Positions 8,366 to 17,355 of a stretch of DNA of 64,000 nt are shown one piece after another. The notes beneath the pieces are model-generated. The model was not told where the DNA came from, ran no database searches, and saw nothing but the letters and a program-made list of their open reading frames with translations. Source of the stretch: Alphaproteobacteria bacterium (GTDB lineage Bacteria; Pseudomonadota; Alphaproteobacteria; Rs-D84); NCBI GenBank assembly GCA_017505705.1, contig JAFVOS010000005.1, positions 29,493 through 93,492 of the forward strand, read 5' to 3'. The stretch's first letter is position 1. Every line of letters begins with the position of its first letter. A program made the translations under genes and the position numbers.

Positions 8366-10747
8366 GTGCGTATACATATGAATAAAATAAAAAAGTCATT
8401 TGCGGATTGGCGCAATAATACCCCAAAACGGATTCAATGGTTGTTGATGGGGGTCGCATTTGTTGTGGTGCTGATACTGTTAACGCTGTTGTTAACAGGT
8501 GATAAGAAAGAAGAAAAGATAGAAGAAGTTGACAGCACACCAATAGAACTGTTGATTTCCCCAGATTCCGTAGATTGGGCAGACGTTATTGTTGGACAGG
8601 CAAAAACCCAGACGCTGAAGGTTTCTGCCACAGGGCCCATTAAAATTGTTGCAGTACGCAGAACCCAGGATATAAATGGATTATCTGTTAATACAGGCTG
8701 CACAAATGCAGGCGAGATTAATCAACAGTTTGCATGTACGATAACGATTGATTATGCACCAACCACCGCAATGAGTGCCAAGGCCGTTCCACTGTTTATT
8801 GATTGGCATGGGGTAAATCAACCCGAAGAAATGAAAAAAACATATAAATATACAATGGTACTGGGGGCAACCAGCCCAAAGGTGGAAACGCCAGAACCTG
8901 TTGTTATCGAAAAGGTTGTTGAAAAAATTATCGAAAAACCAGTTGAAAAAATTGTTGTCAAGGAAGCAGAAGAAGAGTTTCAGGAAGATGAGGAAGAGCC
9001 TGAACTGGATCTGATTGCACCGGCCAAGCCATTTGGTACAGTGACAGAAAGAAAAGCCCCAACCGCATCAGAAGGGTGTTCAGATTTTGCATTCCCAGGA
9101 TATGATAATTCAGGAAGACAAATCGGTTGGATAAAACCAAAGGCCGGGGCGTACTATTTCCATCCTTTTTCTGATAAAAATTGTGAAGACGCCACAGGGG
9201 TTTACAATCCAGACAATGGTATTATTACAGATATAAAAAATCCATCTAAGAAAATCGGCACAGACGCCGATCATATTGGATATGCAACAATAACTAATGG
9301 AATCTTGCCGGAATTGACCAGCATTGGAAAACAATCAATTGAACAGACAACATCAGAAAAACCAGAAAACGTTGGTGGGATGGGCCGTTTGGGCGGCGAG
9401 GGTTTTGCCGCATTTGCCGGATTAACACTTGCACCAGAACCAGATGTAGAATATGAATCATCTGGGGAAGATACCGTTGTTTCCAGCAAGATTCACGACA
9501 GACAATTTTTATTGCGTCAATATAAACCGATTCCTGCAACAATCGTTTCAGATGTTCGTGCAGACGCAGAAGCATTGGCCCAGGGCGTGCCAGTGCGTGC
9601 AACCGTTGATCGCAATGTTTATTCAGACAGTGGTCGTAATGTAATTATTCCAACAGGTACAATGATGTTGGGATATGTGACAGGTAAGTTGCCTGGGCCA
9701 TATACATCGATTGGCCGTATGCAGATTAATTGGTACCAGTTTGTATTACCAAATGGGGTCGAATTTAATTTCAAGGGCGGCAAAAAAGATCCATTTTCAG
9801 CCGATTCCCAGGGGCGTGTTGGTGTTCCAGGATACGGCAGCACCGATTATTTGGAACAGTTTTTTATGCCAATGTTGACCGCAATTGTACCAGCGGCGGT
9901 GAATCTGATTGCGCCAGTGACAGATGCATTTGTTAATCAAATTGACCTGGATAACAATACAGTGGTGCAAAGCGGTACAGTGCGATCATCTGAATTGGCA
10001 AAAAATGAAATCATCACCACATGGAACCAGGTTGCGCAAAAATTACTGGTTGATATGATGGACAATACCGTTCCGCCATTCACAATTGCAGCGGGCACAC
10101 GTATTAATGTTTATTCACCCGTTGATTTAATGGTCACATGTGGGGCACCGGGGTCATCAGATAAAAAATGTGCTGTTGCTGAATATGGTTCTAAAAAGCG
10201 TGCAGATTGGGAACATAATGCAGAAGCGGACTATAATGATGGTTCATGGGTTGGCCAGGTACGCTCGTTCGCAGTCAGTGAATTCTGTACAGAAAATGGT
10301 GATGTTGTTGACAGCTGTAAAAAGGACGGGGAATGCGGCGGTTATGATTATCGAACAATTCTGTTCTATTGCCAGTCAAATCAGTACAAGGCAATAAATA
10401 TGGCAAAACAAGATGCGCTATTCCAAAGCCAACAGCAAAAATTCCAGGATACATACAGTGTACAAAATACAAACACTGGTCTGACAGGAATTCAGGGCGA
10501 CCAGGCATATAATGAACAGGTTCTGGGGTTGACATATGATGACGAAGGATATATCGAAAATCCATTCCAGGAAACACCAGCCCCAGTTGTGGAAGAGTCT
10601 GCTGTTGCACCAGTCTTGACATGCGAAGATGGCAGTCTGCCAGATGCAAATGGTTGCTGTGCGGGCGAAATATATACAGATATGGGCGAACAGGGCTTTA
10701 ATTGCTGTCCAGAAGCGGGTGGCGACTGTTTCCCGCCTATATTGTAA
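8366..10747 (+). CDS. VirB10/TrbI/DotG-like T4SS core protein with an approx 190-aa Cys-rich C-terminal extension
   Basis: N-terminal TM helix. Pro/Glu-rich linker (PEPVVIEKVVEKIIEKPVEKIVVKEAEEE). Clear TrbI/VirB10 C-terminal domain (…IPTGTMMLGYVTGKLPG…IGRMQINWYQFVLPNGVEF…GRVGVPGYGS…IAAGTRINVY…). Then a Cys-rich tail. Start is ambiguous between GTG 8366 and ATG 8378. Confidence 0.8.
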   Translation: MRIHMNKIKKSFADWRNNTPKRIQWLLMGVAFVVVLILLTLLLTGDKKEEKIEEVDSTPIELLISPDSVDWADVIVGQAKTQTLKVSATGPIKIVAVRRTQDINGLSVNTGCTNAGEINQQFACTITIDYAPTTAMSAKAVPLFIDWHGVNQPEEMKKTYKYTMVLGATSPKVETPEPVVIEKVVEKIIEKPVEKIVVKEAEEEFQEDEEEPELDLIAPAKPFGTVTERKAPTASEGCSDFAFPGYDNSGRQIGWIKPKAGAYYFHPFSDKNCEDATGVYNPDNGIITDIKNPSKKIGTDADHIGYATITNGILPELTSIGKQSIEQTTSEKPENVGGMGRLGGEGFAAFAGLTLAPEPDVEYESSGEDTVVSSKIHDRQFLLRQYKPIPATIVSDVRADAEALAQGVPVRATVDRNVYSDSGRNVIIPTGTMMLGYVTGKLPGPYTSIGRMQINWYQFVLPNGVEFNFKGGKKDPFSADSQGRVGVPGYGSTDYLEQFFMPMLTAIVPAAVNLIAPVTDAFVNQIDLDNNTVVQSGTVRSSELAKNEIITTWNQVAQKLLVDMMDNTVPPFTIAAGTRINVYSPVDLMVTCGAPGSSDKKCAVAEYGSKKRADWEHNAEADYNDGSWVGQVRSFAVSEFCTENGDVVDSCKKDGECGGYDYRTILFYCQSNQYKAINMAKQDALFQSQQQKFQDTYSVQNTNTGLTGIQGDQAYNEQVLGLTYDDEGYIENPFQETPAPVVEESAVAPVLTCEDGSLPDANGCCAGEIYTDMGEQGFNCCPEAGGDCFPPIL

Positions 10748-10768
10748 AAGCAATAATACTAACTATAT

Positions 10769-10797
10769 AAACCCACCGATTGGTGGGTTTTATTTTT
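10769..10797 (+). terminator. rho-independent terminator after the T4SS operon
   Basis: Hairpin AACCCACCGATTGGTGGGTT followed by a T-run. Confidence 0.8.
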
Positions 10798-11049
10798 AAT
10801 AAGGGGTTATATAAGTATGCTTGTCTTTATATGTGTATATTTGCGTCCAGTGTTTGGGCGCTTGTTTTTTTATTCGGGCAAACACAGTGATGATTATTAG
10901 TGTTTTTATCGATTCGTATCGAGCACAACAAAACATTTACACGAATCAGGTTTTCGATTCGAATTTCAATCATAGGTTGTAATATTTACCAATGTCGATT
11001 TTTTAGGATATAAATCATAACATACAAAAAAAACAAAGGAGATGTAGGC

Positions 11050-11391
11050 ATGACACAAACACAAACATTATATTATACAGAAAAATTCCAAAGCGCAGAA
11101 CAACTGTGGTTCTGGTTTTTGTATTCGCAATCTGTCAGAAACGGATTTGTACAAAATGGGGCAAGAGCCGCCAAACGTGCGTGCGAACTGGTTGATGTTG
11201 AAACACTGATTACTAAATTATATCTGTCGGGAAAACTGACCGATGAACAGTTATCTGTGATGAAACAATTTGGCGACAAAAGACGTGCCCCACACCAGTA
11301 TATATGGCGTGAAAATCGTGCAGCTGATCAATGGAGACGCGCAATGCATACACTGGAACATGCCGCTAAACAGCGTGGATGGATTGAATAA
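11050..11391 (+). CDS. hypothetical protein (113 aa)
   Basis: ORF preceded by the RBS AAAGGAG. No family recognised from the sequence. Confidence 0.5.
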   Translation: MTQTQTLYYTEKFQSAEQLWFWFLYSQSVRNGFVQNGARAAKRACELVDVETLITKLYLSGKLTDEQLSVMKQFGDKRRAPHQYIWRENRAADQWRRAMHTLEHAAKQRGWIE

Positions 11392-11411
11392 AATTACAAG
11401 GATTTTAAGTC

Positions 11412-11753
11412 ATGATAATAATCGCATTTTCAAACAAGACATCAAAAAAATTTGCACAATTGGTATGCAGAAAATTTAAACATGTGGCACCAATCATTCC
11501 AGACGGACGCTTTTTGATTATGTATCAATTTGTACGCCCGGGATATGTCGAAAAAATAAAACTGGGCACACGTGATTTAAAAATATTAAAAGCACATGGT
11601 TGGCAATTTATTTATATCAATGGAATTGATGTACCATATGATTTTAATATGCGAACAGCATATTCATGCGTAGATCTGGCCAAACGAACAATAAATATGC
11701 ATAATATATTTGTTCAAACACCACTGGCATTATATAAAAGATTAAAACAATAA
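11412..11753 (+). CDS. hypothetical protein (113 aa)
   Basis: ORF following the previous one and ending at a bidirectional terminator. No family recognised. Confidence 0.45.
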   Translation: MIIIAFSNKTSKKFAQLVCRKFKHVAPIIPDGRFLIMYQFVRPGYVEKIKLGTRDLKILKAHGWQFIYINGIDVPYDFNMRTAYSCVDLAKRTINMHNIFVQTPLALYKRLKQ

Positions 11754-11782
11754 AAAGCCGCCCATATGGGCGGTCTTTTATT
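11752..11782. terminator. bidirectional rho-independent terminator
   Basis: Hairpin GCCGCCCATATGGGCGGT flanked by A-run and T-run. Lies between convergent genes. Confidence 0.75.
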
Positions 11783-14700
11783 TATGCAAACGTGGACGCC
11801 AGTTGCGCAACTTTTCCATCAGGAAGAATAGCGCTGGGGTCAACGTGAATGTAAAGATAAGACTGGCCAACATACCACCAATCATAACCGCACCCATGGC
11901 TACCTTCATACCGTCGCCAGACCATAATTGCGGAACCATCCCGGCCATAACAGCAATAGATGTCATAAGAACCATATTCTTTTTATCCATCAATTCTGTC
12001 CACAGTGCGTTATATGCTTTTTCACCAGATGCAACACGATTAATCGTTGGTTCCAATACCAAAATGTTATTATTTACAACCAATCCAACCAACATAACAA
12101 ACGCCAACATTGCACCAATATTCATTGTCGCACCAGACAAGAACATCAATACGAACACACCTGCAAAACTGGTGATAATAGATGTTGCAATTGTAAATGG
12201 ATGCGCCAAAGAATTCAAAATAGCAGCCAGCAACATAAACGTTAATATCGTAGCCAGCAAGAATGCTGTTCCAATTTCTGATGTGGTGTCACCCTGGATT
12301 TCAGACATACCGCCGAATTCAGCACGATAACCGTCTTCCCAGTCGATTTTATTTAGGCTTGATTGAATCTTGGCCTGGACAGGACCCATTGTCGATTTAC
12401 CAATATTAATATCAACTTCTGTTAAACGGTTTTTAGATTTACGACGTATATCTGGGGTGGCAGCAGTGCTTTCAACACGACCCAATTCAGATAATGGGAC
12501 CATACCCTTTTGTGAATTTACGTATACATTTTCAAACAGCGCAGCTGTTTTAAACGCATCGTCAAATTCCAAAATAATTGGGTATTCTTCGCCACCTTCT
12601 TTGTATTTGTATGTGTCATTTCCAAACAAGGCGGTACGCAATGTTGTTCCAGCATATGAATTTTGAACGCCCCAGAAATTCATTTTTTCTTCGTCAGGGA
12701 CAAATCTGAATTCGTTTGCAGGTATTTGCTGTGCACGAACCGCCGATTGCACTTCGGGTATCTGGTTTACCATATCAATAATCTGGGCGGCATATGCTTC
12801 ACGTTTGGTGTCGTCTGGTCCATACACATTCAGAACCAAGTCAGATGACACACCCGCAGATGAAGATTGCCCTGCACGAATTTGAACCTCTGCATCGGGG
12901 ATATCAGATATTTCTGGCAACATTGCCTGGGCCAGTTCTTTGTCTGATAGGCTGCGTTCTGATGCATCGACTAATTCCACCTTAACCGAGATATTCTGCA
13001 AACCACGTTCGCCGATTTTTACAGACAGTGATTTAACTTCATCAAACTTTTCCAAACGCTGCTCAATCTGGGCGGCAATGGATTCTGATTTCTCGTATGT
13101 GGCACCCATGGGGGCACGTGCAGTGATAGTTATTTCGTCTGCATCAGTCGATGGAGAAAATTCATTACCAACAAATTTCATCAACATCGAAGATCCAAAC
13201 AAAATCGCAATCGCCAATAACAATACTTTGCCAGGATGCTTGTGCTGGAAATCATACCATTTTCGTATACCAGAATTTTCAGATGTGTTTGCTGTTTTCT
13301 TGGGCTGAGATTTCTTGGCCTGTTTATTATCGCCCGTCAGACGCAAGAATTTCGCAATCATCATTGGTGTTAATGTAAACGAGAACAACAACGATAATAC
13401 AGTTAAGTATACAACAGTCATACCAAATTGGTTCATAAACAAACCTGCAATACCACTCATAAACGCCAAGGGCAAGAACACCACAACGTTTGTTCCAACA
13501 CCAGCCAACACAGATACAGCAACTTTTTTGGTACCATCAATTGCGGCATCTTCTGGGGATTTTCCGTTGTGCATTTCTTGCAGTGCAGATTCAATCAAAA
13601 TAATCGCATTTGACACCAGTGTACCCAACGCTGTTGAATACGCCAACAATGTCATCGCATTAACGGTAAAACCGGAACCTTCCATGAAGAAAAAGCCAGC
13701 CAACAATGATGCAGGGATAACAACACCTGCAATGACCGTAGAACGCCAGTTGCGGGTAAATGCCAACAACACCAAAACTGTCAAAATAACACCCAAGACA
13801 ATCGAATTTATGGTGTCATCGGTATCTTCGGAAACGGATGTCGAAGAATCAAATACAATCTGCATTTCGGCATTTGGGAATCTGGATTTTAGGTCTGCTT
13901 GGTATTCAGGCATACGTTTGCGCAATTGTTCTGAAATCTTGATTGCATTACCGTCTGATGCCTTGACCACAGATGCAATAACAACATTTTGACCGTTATA
14001 GCGTGCACCTGTTTCTATTTCACGTGCCGCATCGGTGACAGTCGCAATGTCTGACAGTTTGAAGTTATGACCTTCGACGGTGGTTAAACGCAGATTTTCA
14101 ATTTCTGCAACAGATGCAAATTCACCAACAAATCGGACATTCGATGAATTTGTGCCACTTTCAATCTTTCCACCGGGAACATTCAAATTACGATTCCCCA
14201 AGGCCGCAACAACATCCATAACCGTCACACCACGTGCAGCCATTAAATCTGGATTCATTGCAATACGCACAGCACGTTCGGTGCCACCAAATACAGATAC
14301 AGATGCAACACCAGAAAGACCAGTGATTTTATTTGATAAAATATTATCTACATATTCTTCCAGGTCACGTGAATCTGCACCCTGTAAAACAATATCAACA
14401 ACCGCTTCTTGCAAAGGATTTAATTTTTCAACAACAGGCTGTTCCATATCATCTGGGAATTCTGATAGCAAAGCGTCCAGTTTTGTCTTGATTTCTGAAG
14501 CCTTGTCATTAACGTTTACCCCCAGATGAAATTCCGCCAAGACCATACCGCTGTTTTCATATCCGTATGATGTTAATGATTTTAATTCTGCAACCTCTGA
14601 TATTGCGTCTTCGGCACGCTTTAAAATCTGGGATTCCATTTCAGCAGGTGCCGCACCAGGATAAATAAAAGTAGATGTCACAATTGGGAAATCAATCGCT

Positions 14701-14807
14701 GGTGTGCGTTCAATGTTCATCTTGGGGAATGATACCAACCCCAGTACCACCCAAAACAAAACAAACATTAATGTTGTGACAGGTCTGCGAACAAAAAATT
14801 TTAACAT
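11778..14807 (-). CDS. RND (AcrB/HAE1-family) multidrug efflux permease
   Basis: 1009 aa, 12-TM RND architecture with AcrB-like sequence throughout. Final gene of the marR-oep-mfp-rnd operon. Confidence 0.9.
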   Translation of the reverse strand: MLKFFVRRPVTTLMFVLFWVVLGLVSFPKMNIERTPAIDFPIVTSTFIYPGAAPAEMESQILKRAEDAISEVAELKSLTSYGYENSGMVLAEFHLGVNVNDKASEIKTKLDALLSEFPDDMEQPVVEKLNPLQEAVVDIVLQGADSRDLEEYVDNILSNKITGLSGVASVSVFGGTERAVRIAMNPDLMAARGVTVMDVVAALGNRNLNVPGGKIESGTNSSNVRFVGEFASVAEIENLRLTTVEGHNFKLSDIATVTDAAREIETGARYNGQNVVIASVVKASDGNAIKISEQLRKRMPEYQADLKSRFPNAEMQIVFDSSTSVSEDTDDTINSIVLGVILTVLVLLAFTRNWRSTVIAGVVIPASLLAGFFFMEGSGFTVNAMTLLAYSTALGTLVSNAIILIESALQEMHNGKSPEDAAIDGTKKVAVSVLAGVGTNVVVFLPLAFMSGIAGLFMNQFGMTVVYLTVLSLLFSFTLTPMMIAKFLRLTGDNKQAKKSQPKKTANTSENSGIRKWYDFQHKHPGKVLLLAIAILFGSSMLMKFVGNEFSPSTDADEITITARAPMGATYEKSESIAAQIEQRLEKFDEVKSLSVKIGERGLQNISVKVELVDASERSLSDKELAQAMLPEISDIPDAEVQIRAGQSSSAGVSSDLVLNVYGPDDTKREAYAAQIIDMVNQIPEVQSAVRAQQIPANEFRFVPDEEKMNFWGVQNSYAGTTLRTALFGNDTYKYKEGGEEYPIILEFDDAFKTAALFENVYVNSQKGMVPLSELGRVESTAATPDIRRKSKNRLTEVDINIGKSTMGPVQAKIQSSLNKIDWEDGYRAEFGGMSEIQGDTTSEIGTAFLLATILTFMLLAAILNSLAHPFTIATSIITSFAGVFVLMFLSGATMNIGAMLAFVMLVGLVVNNNILVLEPTINRVASGEKAYNALWTELMDKKNMVLMTSIAVMAGMVPQLWSGDGMKVAMGAVMIGGMLASLIFTFTLTPALFFLMEKLRNWRPRLHK

Positions 14808-14823
14808 ATTACACCCCCGAAAA

Positions 14824-15426
14824 TTATTTTCTTACAACTTTAACTTTTTCACCGGCTTTGACATTGGACAAGATAACTTTGTCGCCATCATTTAGACCAT
14901 CAGTGATGTATGCCATTGTGGCATCTTGATCAGAAACAGTGACAGTGCGTATATCAGCAACACCATTGTCAACAACCATGACAGTACCGTTCTCAATCGC
15001 TGAGACAGGAATAAAGAAACCATGACCAGAAACCTCTGCAAATTGCAGGCCATCTGAAACGCCAGATGTACGTACAACATGCATACCAGTGTCATAGTCT
15101 ATTTTTCTGGATACAGATGTAATCTTACCTTCGCCTATTTTTTGGCCCGCATGTAATTTGCCAACACGTGCACCAGATACCAATGCACGATTATTTTTTA
15201 CAGAAATTGGTTCACGCAATATACCGTCTGTGCGTGTGATTGTTATTACTTCGACTGGGGCCCCCTGGTCGGCAGCCACACGTGCGGCATTGAATACATG
15301 ACGTGAATTTTCAGACGCAACCGCCGCAAAGCGAAATACAACCCACCCCGCCAAAACTGCAATCAACAGGATTGTAAAAAACTGTTTCATTTTTTTTGAT
15401 TTTAAATTTTCTGCTATTTTTTCCAT
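14824..15426 (-). CDS. efflux periplasmic adaptor (membrane fusion protein), short form
   Basis: 200 aa with an N-terminal TM anchor and beta-barrel/lipoyl-like regions of the HlyD/AcrA family. Located between the OMP and the RND pump. Unusually short, apparently lacking the coiled-coil hairpin. Confidence 0.65.
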   Translation of the reverse strand: MEKIAENLKSKKMKQFFTILLIAVLAGWVVFRFAAVASENSRHVFNAARVAADQGAPVEVITITRTDGILREPISVKNNRALVSGARVGKLHAGQKIGEGKITSVSRKIDYDTGMHVVRTSGVSDGLQFAEVSGHGFFIPVSAIENGTVMVVDNGVADIRTVTVSDQDATMAYITDGLNDGDKVILSNVKAGEKVKVVRK

Positions 15427-15428
15427 TT

Positions 15429-16754
15429 TTATTCACCTAATTTTTTTACAGATTGTTCAGACATTAAAATATTATATTTCATATTCAACAATGCCATATC
15501 CAATTGATACAGCCCAGCTGCAACATCTGCCAATTCAACAGCAGATGTTTGACCTGCGCCAAAACGATCCTGGGAAAACTGGTACGCTTTGGCCGCTAAA
15601 TCACGTGCTTGTTTTAACTTAGCCAGATTGCCACGCAAATGATTGTATTGTTTTAATGCGTTATCATACTGTTCAGAAGTTAATTTTTTTGCTTTTTCCA
15701 AATCTTGACGAGCGGATTCGGCGTTCATTGCTTCGATTGTAGCGTTGGCACGATTTAAACCACCACTGAAGATTGGAACCTGTAATGCCAAACCAACATT
15801 TACAGATTGTGACCCAGAACGATCAAACATAGAGTCAAATTCATTGCCAATGGCGTTAAAACTGTAGCTGCCAGTGGCGGCCAATGTCGGCAACGAATCA
15901 GCACGTTTAGATCGGGCCAAACGTTCATACATTTCGACCTGTTCAGACAAAATATCCCACTGGGGCGTATTTTCCAGTTTTTGTGACGCAGTTAACTCGC
16001 CGAATGTTGAAGGGAATGAATCTGTCAAAACCAATGGTTCTTCAAGGTCAATGCCTGCCATAATTTTTAACATGCGATGCGCAGTATCACGATTAAATTT
16101 CGCATCGGACAAATTAATTTCTTTGGACGCAATATCAGATTCAATTTTAACCAAATTGCTGCGATTGGCACGACCAGCGGCGGTCAAGCGTTTGCGTGCA
16201 GCACGTGCATTATTCAAATCAGATTCTGACAATTTTACAATTTCATCTGTCATTTTTGCCGTCCAATATAAATTTGCAGCGGCATATTCCACTTCGCGGC
16301 GGGTAAGTTCATATGATGCATCCGCCATCTTTATCGCAGATTTTACAGATTTTACAGCATTGCCAATTTTTCCAAATGTATAAATCGGCTGGGTAATATT
16401 AACACTGGCTGTCAACATATTATCTGGCATTTCAAAAGCAAAACCATCTTTGAATCTTTCGTCTATTTCGCCCAATAAATCACCAGAAATTTCAATCATG
16501 CGTGGTTTTGATGGATTTTCAATATTTACCATATTTGTATATGCGGCTGTACCGTCTATTTTAAACCAGCGATTAGCGTTAACTGCGTCCAGGGACGCTT
16601 CTGCTTTCTGAACATTTGCAGATGCTTTTTTCAGATCATGAGACTGTTCTGTTATTTTTGATACCGCATCAGACAATGATAAATCAATTGCATATGTTGG
16701 CGCAGTCGACAAACAAATTAACGCCATTAAAGATACCATTCGTATTTTATGCAT
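15429..16754 (-). CDS. TolC-family outer membrane efflux protein
   Basis: 441 aa with a signal peptide and two-repeat TolC/OEP organisation. Sits in the efflux operon. Confidence 0.8.
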   Translation of the reverse strand: MHKIRMVSLMALICLSTAPTYAIDLSLSDAVSKITEQSHDLKKASANVQKAEASLDAVNANRWFKIDGTAAYTNMVNIENPSKPRMIEISGDLLGEIDERFKDGFAFEMPDNMLTASVNITQPIYTFGKIGNAVKSVKSAIKMADASYELTRREVEYAAANLYWTAKMTDEIVKLSESDLNNARAARKRLTAAGRANRSNLVKIESDIASKEINLSDAKFNRDTAHRMLKIMAGIDLEEPLVLTDSFPSTFGELTASQKLENTPQWDILSEQVEMYERLARSKRADSLPTLAATGSYSFNAIGNEFDSMFDRSGSQSVNVGLALQVPIFSGGLNRANATIEAMNAESARQDLEKAKKLTSEQYDNALKQYNHLRGNLAKLKQARDLAAKAYQFSQDRFGAGQTSAVELADVAAGLYQLDMALLNMKYNILMSEQSVKKLGE

Positions 16755-16755
16755 G

Positions 16756-17199
16756 TTAGTGTTGCTCCATCTTTGATAAAATTTTATTCATAGTTCTTAA
16801 GGCAGATGTTAATTCTGCTTCATCTTCCTTGGACAATTCTGAAAACATCTTTTCGACACCATTACGAAATGTTTCCAGTGCCCCAGATGCTAACTCTGCG
16901 CCACGATCCGTCACAGAATACCACGTATTGCGACGATCATGTTCGTCAACGACACGCAGGACAAGCCCATCAGCCTCAAGCTTTCTAAAAACAGCACACA
17001 AATTCGGGGCAGATACAAATTCACGACGTGCAATATCTTTTAATAGTGCACGACCGCCCTGGTGCAGGCGCACTAAAATAGACATCTGTTGACGTGGGAA
17101 CCCAGATAATTGTGCATGATCAATACGCAGTTTATCTGCATATTTATCCAACATCCAGATATTAGATTCCATAAGACGAACAAATTCCTTGCGTGCCAT
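16756..17199 (-). CDS. MarR-family transcriptional regulator
   Basis: 147 aa with a winged-helix MarR signature (…ILVRLHQGGRALLKDIARREFVSAPNLCAVFRKLEADGLVLRV…DRRN…). First gene of the efflux operon. Confidence 0.85.
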   Translation of the reverse strand: MARKEFVRLMESNIWMLDKYADKLRIDHAQLSGFPRQQMSILVRLHQGGRALLKDIARREFVSAPNLCAVFRKLEADGLVLRVVDEHDRRNTWYSVTDRGAELASGALETFRNGVEKMFSELSKEDEAELTSALRTMNKILSKMEQH

Positions 17200-17318
17200 T
17201 TTATTTTCCTTTATAATGGTTTGGATTTGTGATTTATTAAAAATCTTAATTATTATATGTTTTAACGAATGTTTTTCAAGTACTTTTTTTCAAAAAGTTT
17301 ATTTTTTTATACAAATTA

Positions 17319-17346
17319 TTGACAAATTATGCTTTTGTGCTATATT
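17319..17346 (+). promoter_or_regulatory. sigma70-like promoter (TTGACA-16 nt-TATATT) for the downstream HD-domain gene
   Basis: -35 TTGACA at 17319-17324 and -10 TATATT at 17341-17346, with a 16-nt spacer. The ATG at 17356 follows closely, giving a short leader. Confidence 0.55.
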
Positions 17347-17355
17347 TATATCACT

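Noticed and set aside
11803-14529. Several plus-strand ORFs (up to 225 aa) inside the RND transporter gene
   Set aside because: They are antisense to a 1009-aa gene with strong family similarity. Their translations are low-complexity with no start signals.
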